A stretch of 49,189 nucleotides of DNA from Candidatus Thorarchaeota archaeon (GTDB lineage Archaea; Asgardarchaeota; Thorarchaeia; Thorarchaeales; Thorarchaeaceae): NCBI GenBank assembly GCA_048882385.1, contig JBHLRQ010000013.1:1-49189 (forward strand), in the 5' to 3' direction. This document shows, piece after piece, positions 38,076-48,874 of this stretch. A program made the translations under genes and the position numbers. The notes beneath the pieces were generated by a model that saw nothing but the letters and a program-made list of their open reading frames with translations, did not search any database and was not told where the DNA came from. Each line of letters begins with the position of its first letter. Position 1 is the first letter of the stretch.

Positions 38076-38897
38076 TCAGGTCAGTTTCTCATAGAATTCT
38101 TCATTGGGATGCTTTCCACTACCAAATCTTGTATCATGCCAGCAAAAGTCACAATATTTGTTGCCTTGCATAATAGTCTTTTTTCTCGTAAGTACAAAGT
38201 TCTCATTGTAGTGTTTTGCTGCATTGAAATCAAAATGACATGCTACAGCATATGCAATCTCAGGGTCAAACTCTTTTAGAATCTCACTCCACAGACAACT
38301 TGTCACCTTCGCATATAATACTCCATCTTTTCCCAAGTAAAATGACCACTCTAGAGGGCTCTCAGCGGACGACTTCATATAGTTGAAAAATTCCTCTAGG
38401 TTTTCCTTTGGTTGAATGCTTTTTTCACGATCAGTTCTGTAGTCGACATAGTTGCGATAGAGCTCCAAACCTTCGCCCTTTGGAAGCAATGATGCTATAG
38501 TTTCTGCAATATTGGCTGCAGGAATGAGGTATGAATGAAGGACGTCTTTGAACACAAAGATAGCTTTTCCATCAGTCACTTCTGATGCATATCTTTCGTA
38601 ACCCAATAGTTGTAAAACTGCTTTCTTGAACACCTCTTCAAGGTCCGGATAGTCCCTTAGATTGTTTGGTTTAAACTCGAAGATATCCGTTTCAATCTTC
38701 GTGTCTTTAGTGATTTTCCTCAGTTTTGAACAGAGTGTATTGTAGAAAGAGTCAGTTAGTTCGGGATGGTGATCATTGAGATATCCAATAAATAGATCAA
38801 TATCATTGAGTGGACGGCTCAAAACTAATTGAAGAGGCATCCCATAGGATATATGCGGATTATGGACTGATTTGAATTTCTCAACTATCTCGAACAT
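38076..38897 (-). CDS. L-2-amino-thiazoline-4-carboxylic acid hydrolase family protein
   Basis: VTSCLW.E, C..DF, L.R.KTIMQG..YCDFCW; GGAG RBS before ATG 38897. Confidence 0.8.
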   Translation of the reverse strand: MFEIVEKFKSVHNPHISYGMPLQLVLSRPLNDIDLFIGYLNDHHPELTDSFYNTLCSKLRKITKDTKIETDIFEFKPNNLRDYPDLEEVFKKAVLQLLGYERYASEVTDGKAIFVFKDVLHSYLIPAANIAETIASLLPKGEGLELYRNYVDYRTDREKSIQPKENLEEFFNYMKSSAESPLEWSFYLGKDGVLYAKVTSCLWSEILKEFDPEIAYAVACHFDFNAAKHYNENFVLTRKKTIMQGNKYCDFCWHDTRFGSGKHPNEEFYEKLT

Positions 38898-38913
38898 GAT
38901 TCTCCTCTCCCAG

Positions 38914-39741
38914 CTAACTGTGAAGATTCCTCTGCCAGTACTTCTTTTCAGCTTTCTCTTCATCTAGTTCCGCTAAGATTTTGATAGCTTCATTTCCACA
39001 CCTGATGACATCATTTTCTCCTTTCACTGCGAATTCGTCTCGGACTCTGTTTGCATAGACTGCGCAAGCGGCACCTGTTCTGAATCCGTAGATGTTGCCA
39101 AGTGTGAATAGTGTTGCAGCCTCCATCTCGAAGTTAGTGACGTTGGCTTTGGTCAAATCCTGAATCAGAGTTTCGCTCATACTCTGGGTATAACCACCAA
39201 AGCCTGGTCGTGACTGTCCCAGATAGAATGAGTCTGTTGAAGCAGAGATTCCTAAATGGTAAGTAAGATTAAGAGATTCTGCCGCCTCCACAAATGCAAG
39301 TACAACTTCATAGGAGGCGGAGGCAGGATACTCCGGCCTTACGTACTGCTTACTCGTACCTTCCAAACGAACAGCAGCTGTGGATATGATTATATCCCCA
39401 ATCTCAATTTCTTTCTTCAGAGTTGCACAGGATCCCACCCTAAGAAAAGATTCCGCCCCGACATTGGCAAGTTCTTCTATGACGATGGCTGTTCCAGGAC
39501 CTCCAATCCCTGTAGAACATGCTGAGATCTCTACACCCTTGTATCTTCCTGTATGAGTCACAAACTGTCTGTGCATTGCAACTTCTCTCGCTTCATCCCA
39601 AAGGGCGCTTATTCTCTTCACTCTCTGAGGGTCTCCAGGAATCAAGACAGACTTTGCCACATCTCCTTTCTTCACTTCGAGATGGTATTGTTCTCTATCT
39701 TCTGTGACAGGTCGGGTTGCAGAAATCTTCTTGTCGGTCAT
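38914..39741 (-). CDS. udp: Uridine phosphorylase
   Basis: QYHL, PGDPQR, STGIGGP, RVGSC, RLEGTS..Y, DSFY.GQ.R, NFEME. Confidence 0.92.
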   Translation of the reverse strand: MTDKKISATRPVTEDREQYHLEVKKGDVAKSVLIPGDPQRVKRISALWDEAREVAMHRQFVTHTGRYKGVEISACSTGIGGPGTAIVIEELANVGAESFLRVGSCATLKKEIEIGDIIISTAAVRLEGTSKQYVRPEYPASASYEVVLAFVEAAESLNLTYHLGISASTDSFYLGQSRPGFGGYTQSMSETLIQDLTKANVTNFEMEAATLFTLGNIYGFRTGAACAVYANRVRDEFAVKGENDVIRCGNEAIKILAELDEEKAEKKYWQRNLHS

Positions 39742-39851
39742 TCAAAACCACATGTAATGGGCATGAACACAATGATTTGTTACTTTCGTATCACTCGCTA
39801 AGCATATAGGGGGACACGCCTTCTACTGGAAACTGTCTGAGGTCAACTCAT

Positions 39852-40739
39852 ATGACGAAGTTTGATGATTTACAGCATCTGAACCTAGGAAAAAGGACTC
39901 GTCTTCATCGCTTGATGTACGAACATGGGCCTGGAAATGGAAAAATGATAATTCTGCCAATTGACCAAGGCATGGAACATGGACCTGTTGATTTCTTTAC
40001 CGACCATGATTGTTTGAATCCAGAGTATCAGTTTAGGCTTGCAGTAGAGGGAGGATATTCCGCGATTGCTCTTCATCTCGGCCTCGCTGAGAAATATGGA
40101 CCCAAATTTGCTGGGAAAATTCCTATCGTGTTGAAGATCAATGGAAAGACTCGCATTCCACCAGCAGATGAGCCGGTTTCTCCCATGACTGGCTCCGTTG
40201 AAGATGCAGTTCGAATTGGTGCTGATGCAATTGGATATACCCTCTATGTAGGGAGCCCGAATCAGCATACAGACTTTACACAGTTCAGAAAGGTAAAGGA
40301 GGATGCAGAGCGTTATGGTATACCAATCATTGTCTGGGCATATCCTCGGGGAAGTGCAGTCGATATGAAAGGGGGTCGAGACTCACTCTTTGCTATTGAC
40401 TATGCTGCAAGAGTTTCAGATGAGCTTGGAGCAGATGTTGTCAAGTTGAATGTGCCAATGACAAGCGAAAAAGGCAGAGCCATGCAGAGACCGCCCTATA
40501 ATGAACTTGATCTCTCCACTGAAGAGATGGTTGCAAAAGTGGTGAAATCCGCAGGCAAGACCTTGGTCCTCTTCTCTGGTGGCGGAATGGCAACAGATGA
40601 AGATGTCATTGAAAGAGCAAGAATTTGCATGGAACAAGGGGCTACAGGGCTCATTTTTGGGCGCAATCTTTGGCAAAGAAACTGGGACGACGCACTCAAA
40701 ATGACCAAGACTCTCAAAGATATCATTTTGAAGGTTTAA
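39852..40739 (+). CDS. fbaB: Class I (DhnA-type) fructose-bisphosphate aldolase
   Basis: LPIDQGMEHGP, WAYPRG, ELGADVVK (Schiff-base Lys), SGG, GRN.WQR. Confidence 0.9.
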   Translation: MTKFDDLQHLNLGKRTRLHRLMYEHGPGNGKMIILPIDQGMEHGPVDFFTDHDCLNPEYQFRLAVEGGYSAIALHLGLAEKYGPKFAGKIPIVLKINGKTRIPPADEPVSPMTGSVEDAVRIGADAIGYTLYVGSPNQHTDFTQFRKVKEDAERYGIPIIVWAYPRGSAVDMKGGRDSLFAIDYAARVSDELGADVVKLNVPMTSEKGRAMQRPPYNELDLSTEEMVAKVVKSAGKTLVLFSGGGMATDEDVIERARICMEQGATGLIFGRNLWQRNWDDALKMTKTLKDIILKV

Positions 40740-40761
40740 GATTCGCATTTCTCATCCCGCT

Positions 40762-40783
40762 TTCTCATTTCACCGAATGAGAA
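40762..40783. promoter_or_regulatory. Palindrome immediately upstream of the TATA-like box of fbp
   Basis: TTCTCATT-N6-AATGAGAA followed by TATTATAT. Confidence 0.4.
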
Positions 40784-40867
40784 CTATTATATGTGTAAAG
40801 AATAGCCCAAGGCATCAGAGGGTTCACGTTTCCGGAGCCCGATTGAATCATCAAATAATGGAGTGAT

Positions 40868-42022
40868 ATGCGTATGGTCGAAACCACCATTAGCGTGATC
40901 AAAGCAGACATTGGTTCATTGGCTGGTCACGTTATTGTACCTGACTTTCTCTTTGAGCTAGCAAGGAAGGAGTTGAAAGAGGCAGTCAACAAGAAGATAA
41001 TTAATGACTTTCACGTTGCCAATGCTGGCGATGACCTTGAACTTATCATGACCCACAATAAAGGTGAAGGGGCTGAGGACGTTCACAAGCTTGCTTGGGA
41101 CACTTTCATGAAGGGTACTGAGCTTGCTCGTGAGAAGAAGATCTATGCTGCTGGACAGGATATGCTAGCTGACACATTTAGCGGTAATGTGAAGGGTATG
41201 GGTCCCGGTTCTGCTGAGATGGTTATTGAAGAACGTAAGTCGGAACCAATCGCAATCTTCATGGCTGATAAGACCGAACCAGGTGCATTCAACCTCCCTT
41301 TGTACAAGATTTATGCAGATCCCTTTAACACAGCTGGTCTTGTTATTGATCCAAACTTGCATGATGGATTTAACTTCGTTATTCAAGACATCATGAAGGA
41401 TGTTCCATGCTTCATCAACATGAAGACACCAGAGGAGTCGTACGATGTTCTTGCACTTCTGGGTAGCACCGGTCGCTATACAATCAAGAAGGTCTATCGT
41501 CATGACGGAATGGTCACAGCTTCAGTGAGCACTGACAAACTCCATGCAGTCGCAGGAAAATACGTTGGAAAGGATGACCCTGTAGCAATAATCAGGGCAC
41601 ATTCAGGACTTCCAGCTATGGGTGAAGTACTTGAAGCATTCACTTTACCACACCTGGTTGCAGGATGGATGCGCGGGTCCCATGCAGGTCCTCTTCTTCC
41701 TGTAGGACTGAAGGACTCTCGATGTACAAGATTCGATGGTCCTCCACGAGTTGTTGGACTAGGTTTTCAAGTCTCGAATGGTATGCTCATTGGTCCTGTC
41801 GATCTTTTCGATGATGTGGCTTTTGACATTACCCGTCAGAGAGGCATGGAAATAGCTGACTATTTGCGGCGGACTGGAACGTTCCAACCTCATCGACTTG
41901 GAGAGCATGAGATGGAATATACAACATTGCCTAAGGTTCTCACACGCTGTGAAAATCGATTCGTAGAAGAAGAGATTGTACCTAGTGGGCAGAAAAAGGA
42001 TACATCCGATTCTGCGGAATAA
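40868..42022 (+). CDS. fbp: Bifunctional fructose-1,6-bisphosphate aldolase/phosphatase (FBPase class V)
   Basis: IKADIGS..GH, GDD, GQD, FSGNVKGMGPG, YVGKDDP, GWMRGSH, EYTT. Confidence 0.96.
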   Translation: MRMVETTISVIKADIGSLAGHVIVPDFLFELARKELKEAVNKKIINDFHVANAGDDLELIMTHNKGEGAEDVHKLAWDTFMKGTELAREKKIYAAGQDMLADTFSGNVKGMGPGSAEMVIEERKSEPIAIFMADKTEPGAFNLPLYKIYADPFNTAGLVIDPNLHDGFNFVIQDIMKDVPCFINMKTPEESYDVLALLGSTGRYTIKKVYRHDGMVTASVSTDKLHAVAGKYVGKDDPVAIIRAHSGLPAMGEVLEAFTLPHLVAGWMRGSHAGPLLPVGLKDSRCTRFDGPPRVVGLGFQVSNGMLIGPVDLFDDVAFDITRQRGMEIADYLRRTGTFQPHRLGEHEMEYTTLPKVLTRCENRFVEEEIVPSGQKKDTSDSAE

Positions 42023-42031
42023 GTTGAGATG

Positions 42032-42047
42032 GGGACCCATGGGTCCC
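42032..42047. terminator. Perfect 16-bp palindrome between convergent genes
   Basis: GGGACCCATGGGTCCC followed by TTT and a pyrimidine-rich tract, starting 10 nt after the fbp stop. Confidence 0.55.
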
Positions 42048-42066
42048 TTTCACTCTACTTACCTCT

Positions 42067-43701
42067 TTAGTTGTATATACCACAACTGGACCAGCGAGCT
42101 GATTGGTTCCAGTTCAGAGAGAATACTGACATCTCAGGTCCTGCACAGATGACATTATCCGTCAACATAATTCTGAATAGTTCTGTGTATCTCAGATCTA
42201 GGACAAATAATGCTGTTACTCGGAACCACTGACTCCAAGCGACAATATAGTTACAAGAGTGGTTTTGAAGCCATTCAAATGTTTCAGTTACTGAAAAATT
42301 GCCATGAGCCAGTTCGGGCGTGACGAGAAGCGCTATGTCGAATACTGTTCTGTTACCAAAGAACCTGATGGCTCCTGCATCAAAGATTGCGAAACTGGCA
42401 TTTGGAGGAGTGTTCTCATAGATCCAATGACCAATTGTCACCTGCATCTCATTGATGTTTTTAACACTGTTTCCATAGAAATCTGCTTGCCAAACAAAAA
42501 ATGGCGTTGTTGGGATAATGAGAAGGAGAATCAGTGTCACAGATACAATAGTGTACGATAGCTCGTTCTTCAAAGTTTGAAGTCTTGATTGAAGTCGATT
42601 TGTAATCAAACCGATAAAGGCAAGACTGAGAATTGTCAGAACAGAAATCAGGGGGGTCATATATCTTGCATTGTTAACGAGTACCGAATACGGGACTGTT
42701 TGAAAATAAACAAACATCATTGCGATGACAAACGCCCATGGATATAGTCTACCTTTGATTACAAAAACAATTCCGCCAAATAAACCAAGTATTAGACACG
42801 GAAAATTCGAGAGGGTTCTAATCCAAAACTCAATCCATATCGTAACCGACGATTGTGTAATTTCTCCACTCTTTGTATAGAATGTGTCAGAGAGTGGAAA
42901 GCCTGTTACAGACAGACAGTGGAATATCCAAGGAAAAGCTATGATACAAGTAGCAAGAGCCGCGGCTCCAAAACTTACCAGTCGTTTCTTATTCAATTCT
43001 CGTTGCTTAACAATGAAGAGAAATCTAATTGGTAACCCAACTACCATAAAGAGCATGCCTTCTGGACGTGTGAGAAACAATAATCCCCCTATCACACCCA
43101 TCATTATATCATATTTCCATCCTGGCTTATCTGCAAAGTATATCCCAAGAAATATCAAGAAAATGAATAGCGGGCTTTCCATACCTGAAAGCATAAGCCA
43201 CGTACCACGAGGAATCAAAACAAATCCAATCACTGATATGAAAGCAAAAGGAATATTCTCGGTATAATCTCGGACGATGAGACCTGCAAGGAAAGCTGAA
43301 CTGATGTAGAAGATAATTGACACGGTGTAGATTTGGAGAATCAAGGTTTCAGGATTTGATGTCGTGAAAAACAAAGGTGAAAGCACTATTGCCCACAACG
43401 GACTAGTAGATCCTGTAGATGGCCATCCTGGAGAATACTCCCAAGGTCGACCTTCAAAGATGCTACGAGCGAACTCTACGTGAATCCAAGAATCATCCAA
43501 TGGAAATCCTGTAGTTGTCCATCGTAACATAGTTTGCAGATAAAACAACGAAGCTAGTATCACTGTTATTGTTGATGTTACAAATAGAGCTAAACTGATT
43601 CTATTCCGAACTATGAATGTACGAACAAAGCTTTGGATATTCTTCCAACTATCTGCTTTGATCTTTTTCTCCTCTAGAATTCCTTTTTCTAGAGACACCA
43701 A
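42067..43701 (-). CDS. GT-C fold membrane glycosyltransferase-like protein
   Basis: DDSWIH, GSTSPLW, SGME..L, TRPEG, RY..P and DAGAI.FF motifs; many TM helices. Confidence 0.8.
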   Translation of the reverse strand: MVSLEKGILEEKKIKADSWKNIQSFVRTFIVRNRISLALFVTSTITVILASLFYLQTMLRWTTTGFPLDDSWIHVEFARSIFEGRPWEYSPGWPSTGSTSPLWAIVLSPLFFTTSNPETLILQIYTVSIIFYISSAFLAGLIVRDYTENIPFAFISVIGFVLIPRGTWLMLSGMESPLFIFLIFLGIYFADKPGWKYDIMMGVIGGLLFLTRPEGMLFMVVGLPIRFLFIVKQRELNKKRLVSFGAAALATCIIAFPWIFHCLSVTGFPLSDTFYTKSGEITQSSVTIWIEFWIRTLSNFPCLILGLFGGIVFVIKGRLYPWAFVIAMMFVYFQTVPYSVLVNNARYMTPLISVLTILSLAFIGLITNRLQSRLQTLKNELSYTIVSVTLILLLIIPTTPFFVWQADFYGNSVKNINEMQVTIGHWIYENTPPNASFAIFDAGAIRFFGNRTVFDIALLVTPELAHGNFSVTETFEWLQNHSCNYIVAWSQWFRVTALFVLDLRYTELFRIMLTDNVICAGPEMSVFSLNWNQSARWSSCGIYN

Positions 43702-43840
43702 TAAACTCCATCCTCACGATTTCTACACTCCAATAGATAGGATTTTTCTATATCATTCTAATCATTGAACTAATACCTACTCCTTACCTAGGATTTGGAA
43801 AAGAAACCCACGATGTTCCCATCGAGCATCGATCATATGT

Positions 43841-44131
43841 TCAGCCTGTTCGTTTGATAATGTGGTAACCGAATTTAGTCTTGACTGGCTCCGTTGTCAT
43901 GGCTCCTACACTAAGATTGAATGCAGCCCGCTCAAATTCTGGAACCATCTGGCCCTTTGTGAACCAGCCCAGGTCTCCGCCTTTCTTCTTTGAAGGACAT
44001 GTACTATACTGCTTTGCAACCTTCCCAAAATCCTCCCCTTCTCTGATTTTATTAATCAGAGCAAGAGCCTGACTGTGCTTATCTACCAGGATATGGCTTG
44101 CACGAACTTTACCAGCCTTTCCTTTTGCCAT
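43841..44131 (-). CDS. Parvulin-type peptidyl-prolyl isomerase
   Basis: VRASHILV, S.CPS.K.GGDLGWF..GQMV.EFE, TKFGYHII. Confidence 0.95.
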   Translation of the reverse strand: MAKGKAGKVRASHILVDKHSQALALINKIREGEDFGKVAKQYSTCPSKKKGGDLGWFTKGQMVPEFERAAFNLSVGAMTTEPVKTKFGYHIIKRTG

Positions 44132-44243
44132 ATAAATCACCAAGATTCACCTCAGCTGTTTGTGGTGCGGTCTTAAACTTGTCCTATGCGTCACTATACG
44201 AGGTTTTATGACAAGAGAAGCAGCATTTGAAGGAGGATGTGCC

Positions 44244-45284
44244 ATGAAAGCAGTTGTATTCCATGAACATGGTTCTTCAGATGTATTAAGGTATGAAGAT
44301 TTTCCAGACCCAGTATTGAGAGATGATCAAGTACTTGTTGATGTAAAAGCCGTGGCTCTCAATCACTTGGATCTCTTCGTGCGAGGAGGAATCCCGGGAC
44401 TCCAGCTTGAGCTGCCTCATATCCTTGGAAGTGATATTTCAGGAACGATTAAGGAAACTGGACGTAATGTTGCAAAAGAACTTCAGCCTGGTCAAAGAAT
44501 TATTGTCGATCCTGGAAAATCCTGTGGTGTGTGTGAATATTGCATCCGTGGTGAGGAATCACTATGTGCCAATTATGGAATAATTGGAGAGCACTATCCC
44601 GGTGGATATTCAGATCTAATGGCTGTAGATAAACAGAATGTCATTCCCGTTCCTGATCATGTTAAACTTGGTTTTGAAGAGCTGGCAGCTACCCCGCTCA
44701 CATTCATGACAGCATGGCGTATGCTCGTCCAAAAAGCAAGAGTGCGTCCTGGTGATGATGTTTTAGTCATAGGGATTGGCGGAGGCGTTGCTATTGCTGC
44801 ACTTCAAATCGCTAAGGTTGCTGGTGCTCGAGTTTTTGTGACCAGCTCTTCTAACGTAAAATTGGAGAAAGCGTTTAAACTTGGTGCAACAATCGGTATC
44901 AATTACAAATCGAATCCTGATTTTCACAAAGAGGTGTGGACACTCACAAACAGGAGAGGTGTTGACATTGTTGTGGACTCAGTCGGAGAAGCGACTTGGG
45001 AGAAAAGTCTTCGAAGCCTGACAAAAGGTGGGAGATTAGTGACCTGTGGTGCTACTTCTGGTCCAAACGTAATTACAAACTTGAATCTTGTTTTTTGGAA
45101 ACAGCTTGAAATTCTTGGTTCAACAATGGCAAGTCGTTCGGAGTTACGTGAAGTTCTCAAGCTTGTGTGGGATGACAAACTAACGCCAGTCGTAGACAGT
45201 GTTCTTCCACTTTCAAAGGCAAAAGAAGCTCATGAACGACTAGCAAAAGGTGAACAATTCGGAAAGATTGTTCTAAAACCCTAA
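44244..45284 (+). CDS. Zn-binding dehydrogenase / quinone oxidoreductase family protein
   Basis: LNHLD, ILGSD, CGVCEYC...C, GGVA, QFGKIVL; GGAGG RBS before ATG 44244. Confidence 0.9.
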   Translation: MKAVVFHEHGSSDVLRYEDFPDPVLRDDQVLVDVKAVALNHLDLFVRGGIPGLQLELPHILGSDISGTIKETGRNVAKELQPGQRIIVDPGKSCGVCEYCIRGEESLCANYGIIGEHYPGGYSDLMAVDKQNVIPVPDHVKLGFEELAATPLTFMTAWRMLVQKARVRPGDDVLVIGIGGGVAIAALQIAKVAGARVFVTSSSNVKLEKAFKLGATIGINYKSNPDFHKEVWTLTNRRGVDIVVDSVGEATWEKSLRSLTKGGRLVTCGATSGPNVITNLNLVFWKQLEILGSTMASRSELREVLKLVWDDKLTPVVDSVLPLSKAKEAHERLAKGEQFGKIVLKP

Positions 45285-45365
45285 TCAACCCTGTAATACC
45301 CCGATACGCACCTGAATCAGACACCCTTTCATTATGTACTTTGTAATGGAATCTCTTGGTGTAGA

Positions 45366-45596
45366 ATGAGAGTCGTCACGATTTGTCTACCAGAGTCCTA
45401 CGTTGAAGGCATTGATGAGCTGATTGAACAGAACAAGTATCCCAACCGATCAGAAGTCATCAGAATTTCTATACGTGACCTACTTGTTGATGAACTCTGG
45501 GGAGAACGGAAACCATCCAATAGCTTACCTCTCGTTGCACAATTAGAGAAACTTGCAATGATGCAAGATATCCCTACTAAACCCGTGCCAAAGTAG
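45366..45596 (+). CDS. Ribbon-helix-helix (CopG/CdrS-like) transcription regulator
   Basis: MRVVTI.LP......IDELI....YPNRSEVIR..IRDLL. Confidence 0.88.
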   Translation: MRVVTICLPESYVEGIDELIEQNKYPNRSEVIRISIRDLLVDELWGERKPSNSLPLVAQLEKLAMMQDIPTKPVPK

Positions 45597-45694
45597 ATAC
45601 AACTGAGCTATCTTTTTCTAGGTCCAATTACTTTACGTGCAGGAGCAAGACGGGGACTAGTATTGCTCTTTCTCGATCAGGAGCGAATTCGAAT

Positions 45695-46276
45695 ATGTCA
45701 CGATTCTTCCGACGAAAGAAAAAAGATGAAGAAAAGGCTGATCCAGAACCTGTTGAAGAACCTGCAGCTGAAATAGAGGTTGAAGCTTCACCTGAAACTG
45801 ACTTACCTACAGAAGAGCCAACAGTTACCGAAACTGCAGAGCCAGCACCAGAACCCATACCCGAAGGAAGAGGTGATACTATACCCTATCATGATTCCAT
45901 CATGGACAGATTAGTGTACATGCTTCATGATTCAGTAATGGCTGACGGTCTAGAGGGTACGCATGAGTTCATGCTTGAGTTCATGGCAATGGGTGAACGG
46001 TTTTGGATAGGAAAAGTGCCACTTGGTGAAATTGAAAGCAAGGTTGGAAAAGCTGCTGATGAAGATGCTCACATTAGGATATCCAATGATTCTGTAAGTG
46101 ACCTTCTCAGTGCATCTACCTTTTCTGAGTTCTCAAAGATCTACTTGCAGCACTACAAAACCTCTGAAGCTGGTAAGTTCATTAAAATTGAAATTCGGAA
46201 GCCCATAATCGACTTGAACCGAAAAGGGTTCGCCAGAGTTCCAGTTTTGAAACTACTTATTGGTGCCGCCAGATAA
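45695..46276 (+). CDS. Hypothetical protein: basic N-terminus, acidic/Pro-rich linker, possible SCP2-like domain
   Basis: MSRFFRRKKK, then E/P-rich region, then a globular domain. Confidence 0.7.
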   Translation: MSRFFRRKKKDEEKADPEPVEEPAAEIEVEASPETDLPTEEPTVTETAEPAPEPIPEGRGDTIPYHDSIMDRLVYMLHDSVMADGLEGTHEFMLEFMAMGERFWIGKVPLGEIESKVGKAADEDAHIRISNDSVSDLLSASTFSEFSKIYLQHYKTSEAGKFIKIEIRKPIIDLNRKGFARVPVLKLLIGAAR

Positions 46277-46297
46277 TTAACAGCTAGCAATAGTTAA

Positions 46298-47023
<726 letters not shown>

Positions 47024-47078
47024 ACCATTCCGGTTGATTTTTCACGGATTATGAAGCGCCTCGAATAGGCGAAAGACA

Positions 47079-47972
47079 GTGAAAGTGACTTTGGAATGTG
47101 CTCACTGCTTACTAGAAAGGGCAATTAACCAGATCCGGTTAGCTACCGATGATCACGCTCTTCAGATGCAAGTAGTCGAGGCTATGACGAAGTTCCTTGG
47201 TGAGAACTTCAGTGGAGATGCAGTCCCTAGTCACATTGGAACTGAAAGAGACCTGATTGTACAAAAGATGACAGGGAAGGACCCCTACGAGTCGTTGAAG
47301 CACATGTCCAACGAGATGGCTCTCAGCATTCTACCCGAGCTTCAAGAACTTATAGAGGAAAAGGGAAGCTCTAACGAGCGATTTCGAACAGCAGCCCTCA
47401 TCGCTGCAGCTGCTAATGCAATAGAGTTTGATGTAACAGGTCGTGAGTTCAGTCTGTCAGAACTCAGAGAAATAGTTGAAAATGTCGAAGCAGACCTCTA
47501 TATTGACCATGTCGACGAATTTAGAGACCTATGTAATAATGCAAATGAAGTCCTCTACCTGATGGACAATGCAGGTGAGATTGTTCTTGATATGATTCTG
47601 ATTAGAGAGATAAAACGCCTAGGACCTAGGGTCATTGCTGTTGTGAAAGGGGGTCCTGTTCTAAATGATGCGACAATGATTGACGCAGAGGAAGTGGTAC
47701 TGACTGACTGTGCAGATGAGGTTCGTGAAACCGGAGCATCAGCCATTGGTGTAAATCTGGATCGTAGTTCTGAAGAATTCAAGAAGCTATTTCACTCAGC
47801 CGAATTGATTGTTGCAAAGGGAATGGGTAATTTTGAGTCTCTAACTGAGTTCGAACCAGCATGTCCAACCATTCACATTATGAGAACAAAATGTAATCCT
47901 GTCGCTCAACATGTAGGAGTTCCAAGGAACAAGAATGTCATTTTGATACGAATGCCGCCTGAGTCGACATGA
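47079..47972 (+). CDS. DUF89/ARMT1-like damage-control phosphatase
   Basis: EC..C, DPY, AN..EF, DNAGE, NDAT, KGMGNFESL, KC. Confidence 0.9.
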   Translation: MKVTLECAHCLLERAINQIRLATDDHALQMQVVEAMTKFLGENFSGDAVPSHIGTERDLIVQKMTGKDPYESLKHMSNEMALSILPELQELIEEKGSSNERFRTAALIAAAANAIEFDVTGREFSLSELREIVENVEADLYIDHVDEFRDLCNNANEVLYLMDNAGEIVLDMILIREIKRLGPRVIAVVKGGPVLNDATMIDAEEVVLTDCADEVRETGASAIGVNLDRSSEEFKKLFHSAELIVAKGMGNFESLTEFEPACPTIHIMRTKCNPVAQHVGVPRNKNVILIRMPPEST

Positions 47973-47975
47973 AAA

Positions 47976-48806
47976 CTATGCCATATCGTCTTTGTAGGAT
48001 CTCAATGCTCTTGTTAGATTACTTGAGTCTGCAAATTCAACCTTCAACTCAGGAAATTCCAAACTAATGACATCCCTGAGTCGTTTCATTCCTGGTTCTT
48101 CTGTTGAGAATGAGCCTAGTTCGAGTGTGTTAATGCCCTCCTCGTACGCGAGTAGTCTGATTTCTGGCGAGAGTTCTCCTGTGACTAATGTTTCTAGGTC
48201 TTGATTCTTCGCGTTGATTATCTCAGGCATGTCAATACTGTTCCCTGCTATGACCAACACGTCACTAACCTCATCATCCAAGTCTCCGGAAAACAACACA
48301 TTGTCTAGGTTCAACTTACTTGCAATGTAATTGACAAAACCTGAATGGTTTTTGACTCCTGGTGGTCTACATGCACGGCCAATTGCTACTAAATCACCAA
48401 AGTCTCCATCAGTCGTGAAATCTCCAATCCTAGAAAGACCCAGAGTTTCAATGAGGGCATCGTTTAGACCATCCTTATTACACAACCAACCACTGCCAAT
48501 CACATATGATGAGATGTAGTTCTTTGTGAGCAATCTTACTCTCACAAGATCGAGCCCTGAGAGACGGTCTATCGCAAATGGAAACAACGGACGATATGTG
48601 ACCAGTAGATTTGCTTTGTCTTGTGTAGCCTTCGTTATTACACGTGCAGAGGGGTAAGTAGCAATCAGTATTTTGTTGATAGTTGTATTTGCCTGTTCTG
48701 TTTCAGTCTGTGGACCTATTTCCACTCGACTCTCAAGTCCACGAACAGTAAGCTCTCTCGGAGCCAACTCCTGAAGGCGTTTCACAATATCTAGAAGACT
48801 GGTCAT
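47976..48806 (-). CDS. Nif3-like (GTP cyclohydrolase I type 2) protein, divergent
   Basis: L..LAP, LLVTYRPLF, GLNDAL...LGL, IGR, VTGE, TEEPGM pattern. Confidence 0.75.
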   Translation of the reverse strand: MTSLLDIVKRLQELAPRELTVRGLESRVEIGPQTETEQANTTINKILIATYPSARVITKATQDKANLLVTYRPLFPFAIDRLSGLDLVRVRLLTKNYISSYVIGSGWLCNKDGLNDALIETLGLSRIGDFTTDGDFGDLVAIGRACRPPGVKNHSGFVNYIASKLNLDNVLFSGDLDDEVSDVLVIAGNSIDMPEIINAKNQDLETLVTGELSPEIRLLAYEEGINTLELGSFSTEEPGMKRLRDVISLEFPELKVEFADSSNLTRALRSYKDDMA

Positions 48807-48874
48807 GACATCACTCTGCCTAGTGACGACTGAAGTCAATAACAGTCTTATTCTTTTTCATATTCAAAGACGAG

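Noticed and set aside
39789-39805. Thermococcales glycolytic motif upstream of the aldolase gene
   Set aside because: Only the TATCAC half-site is present, without GTGATA
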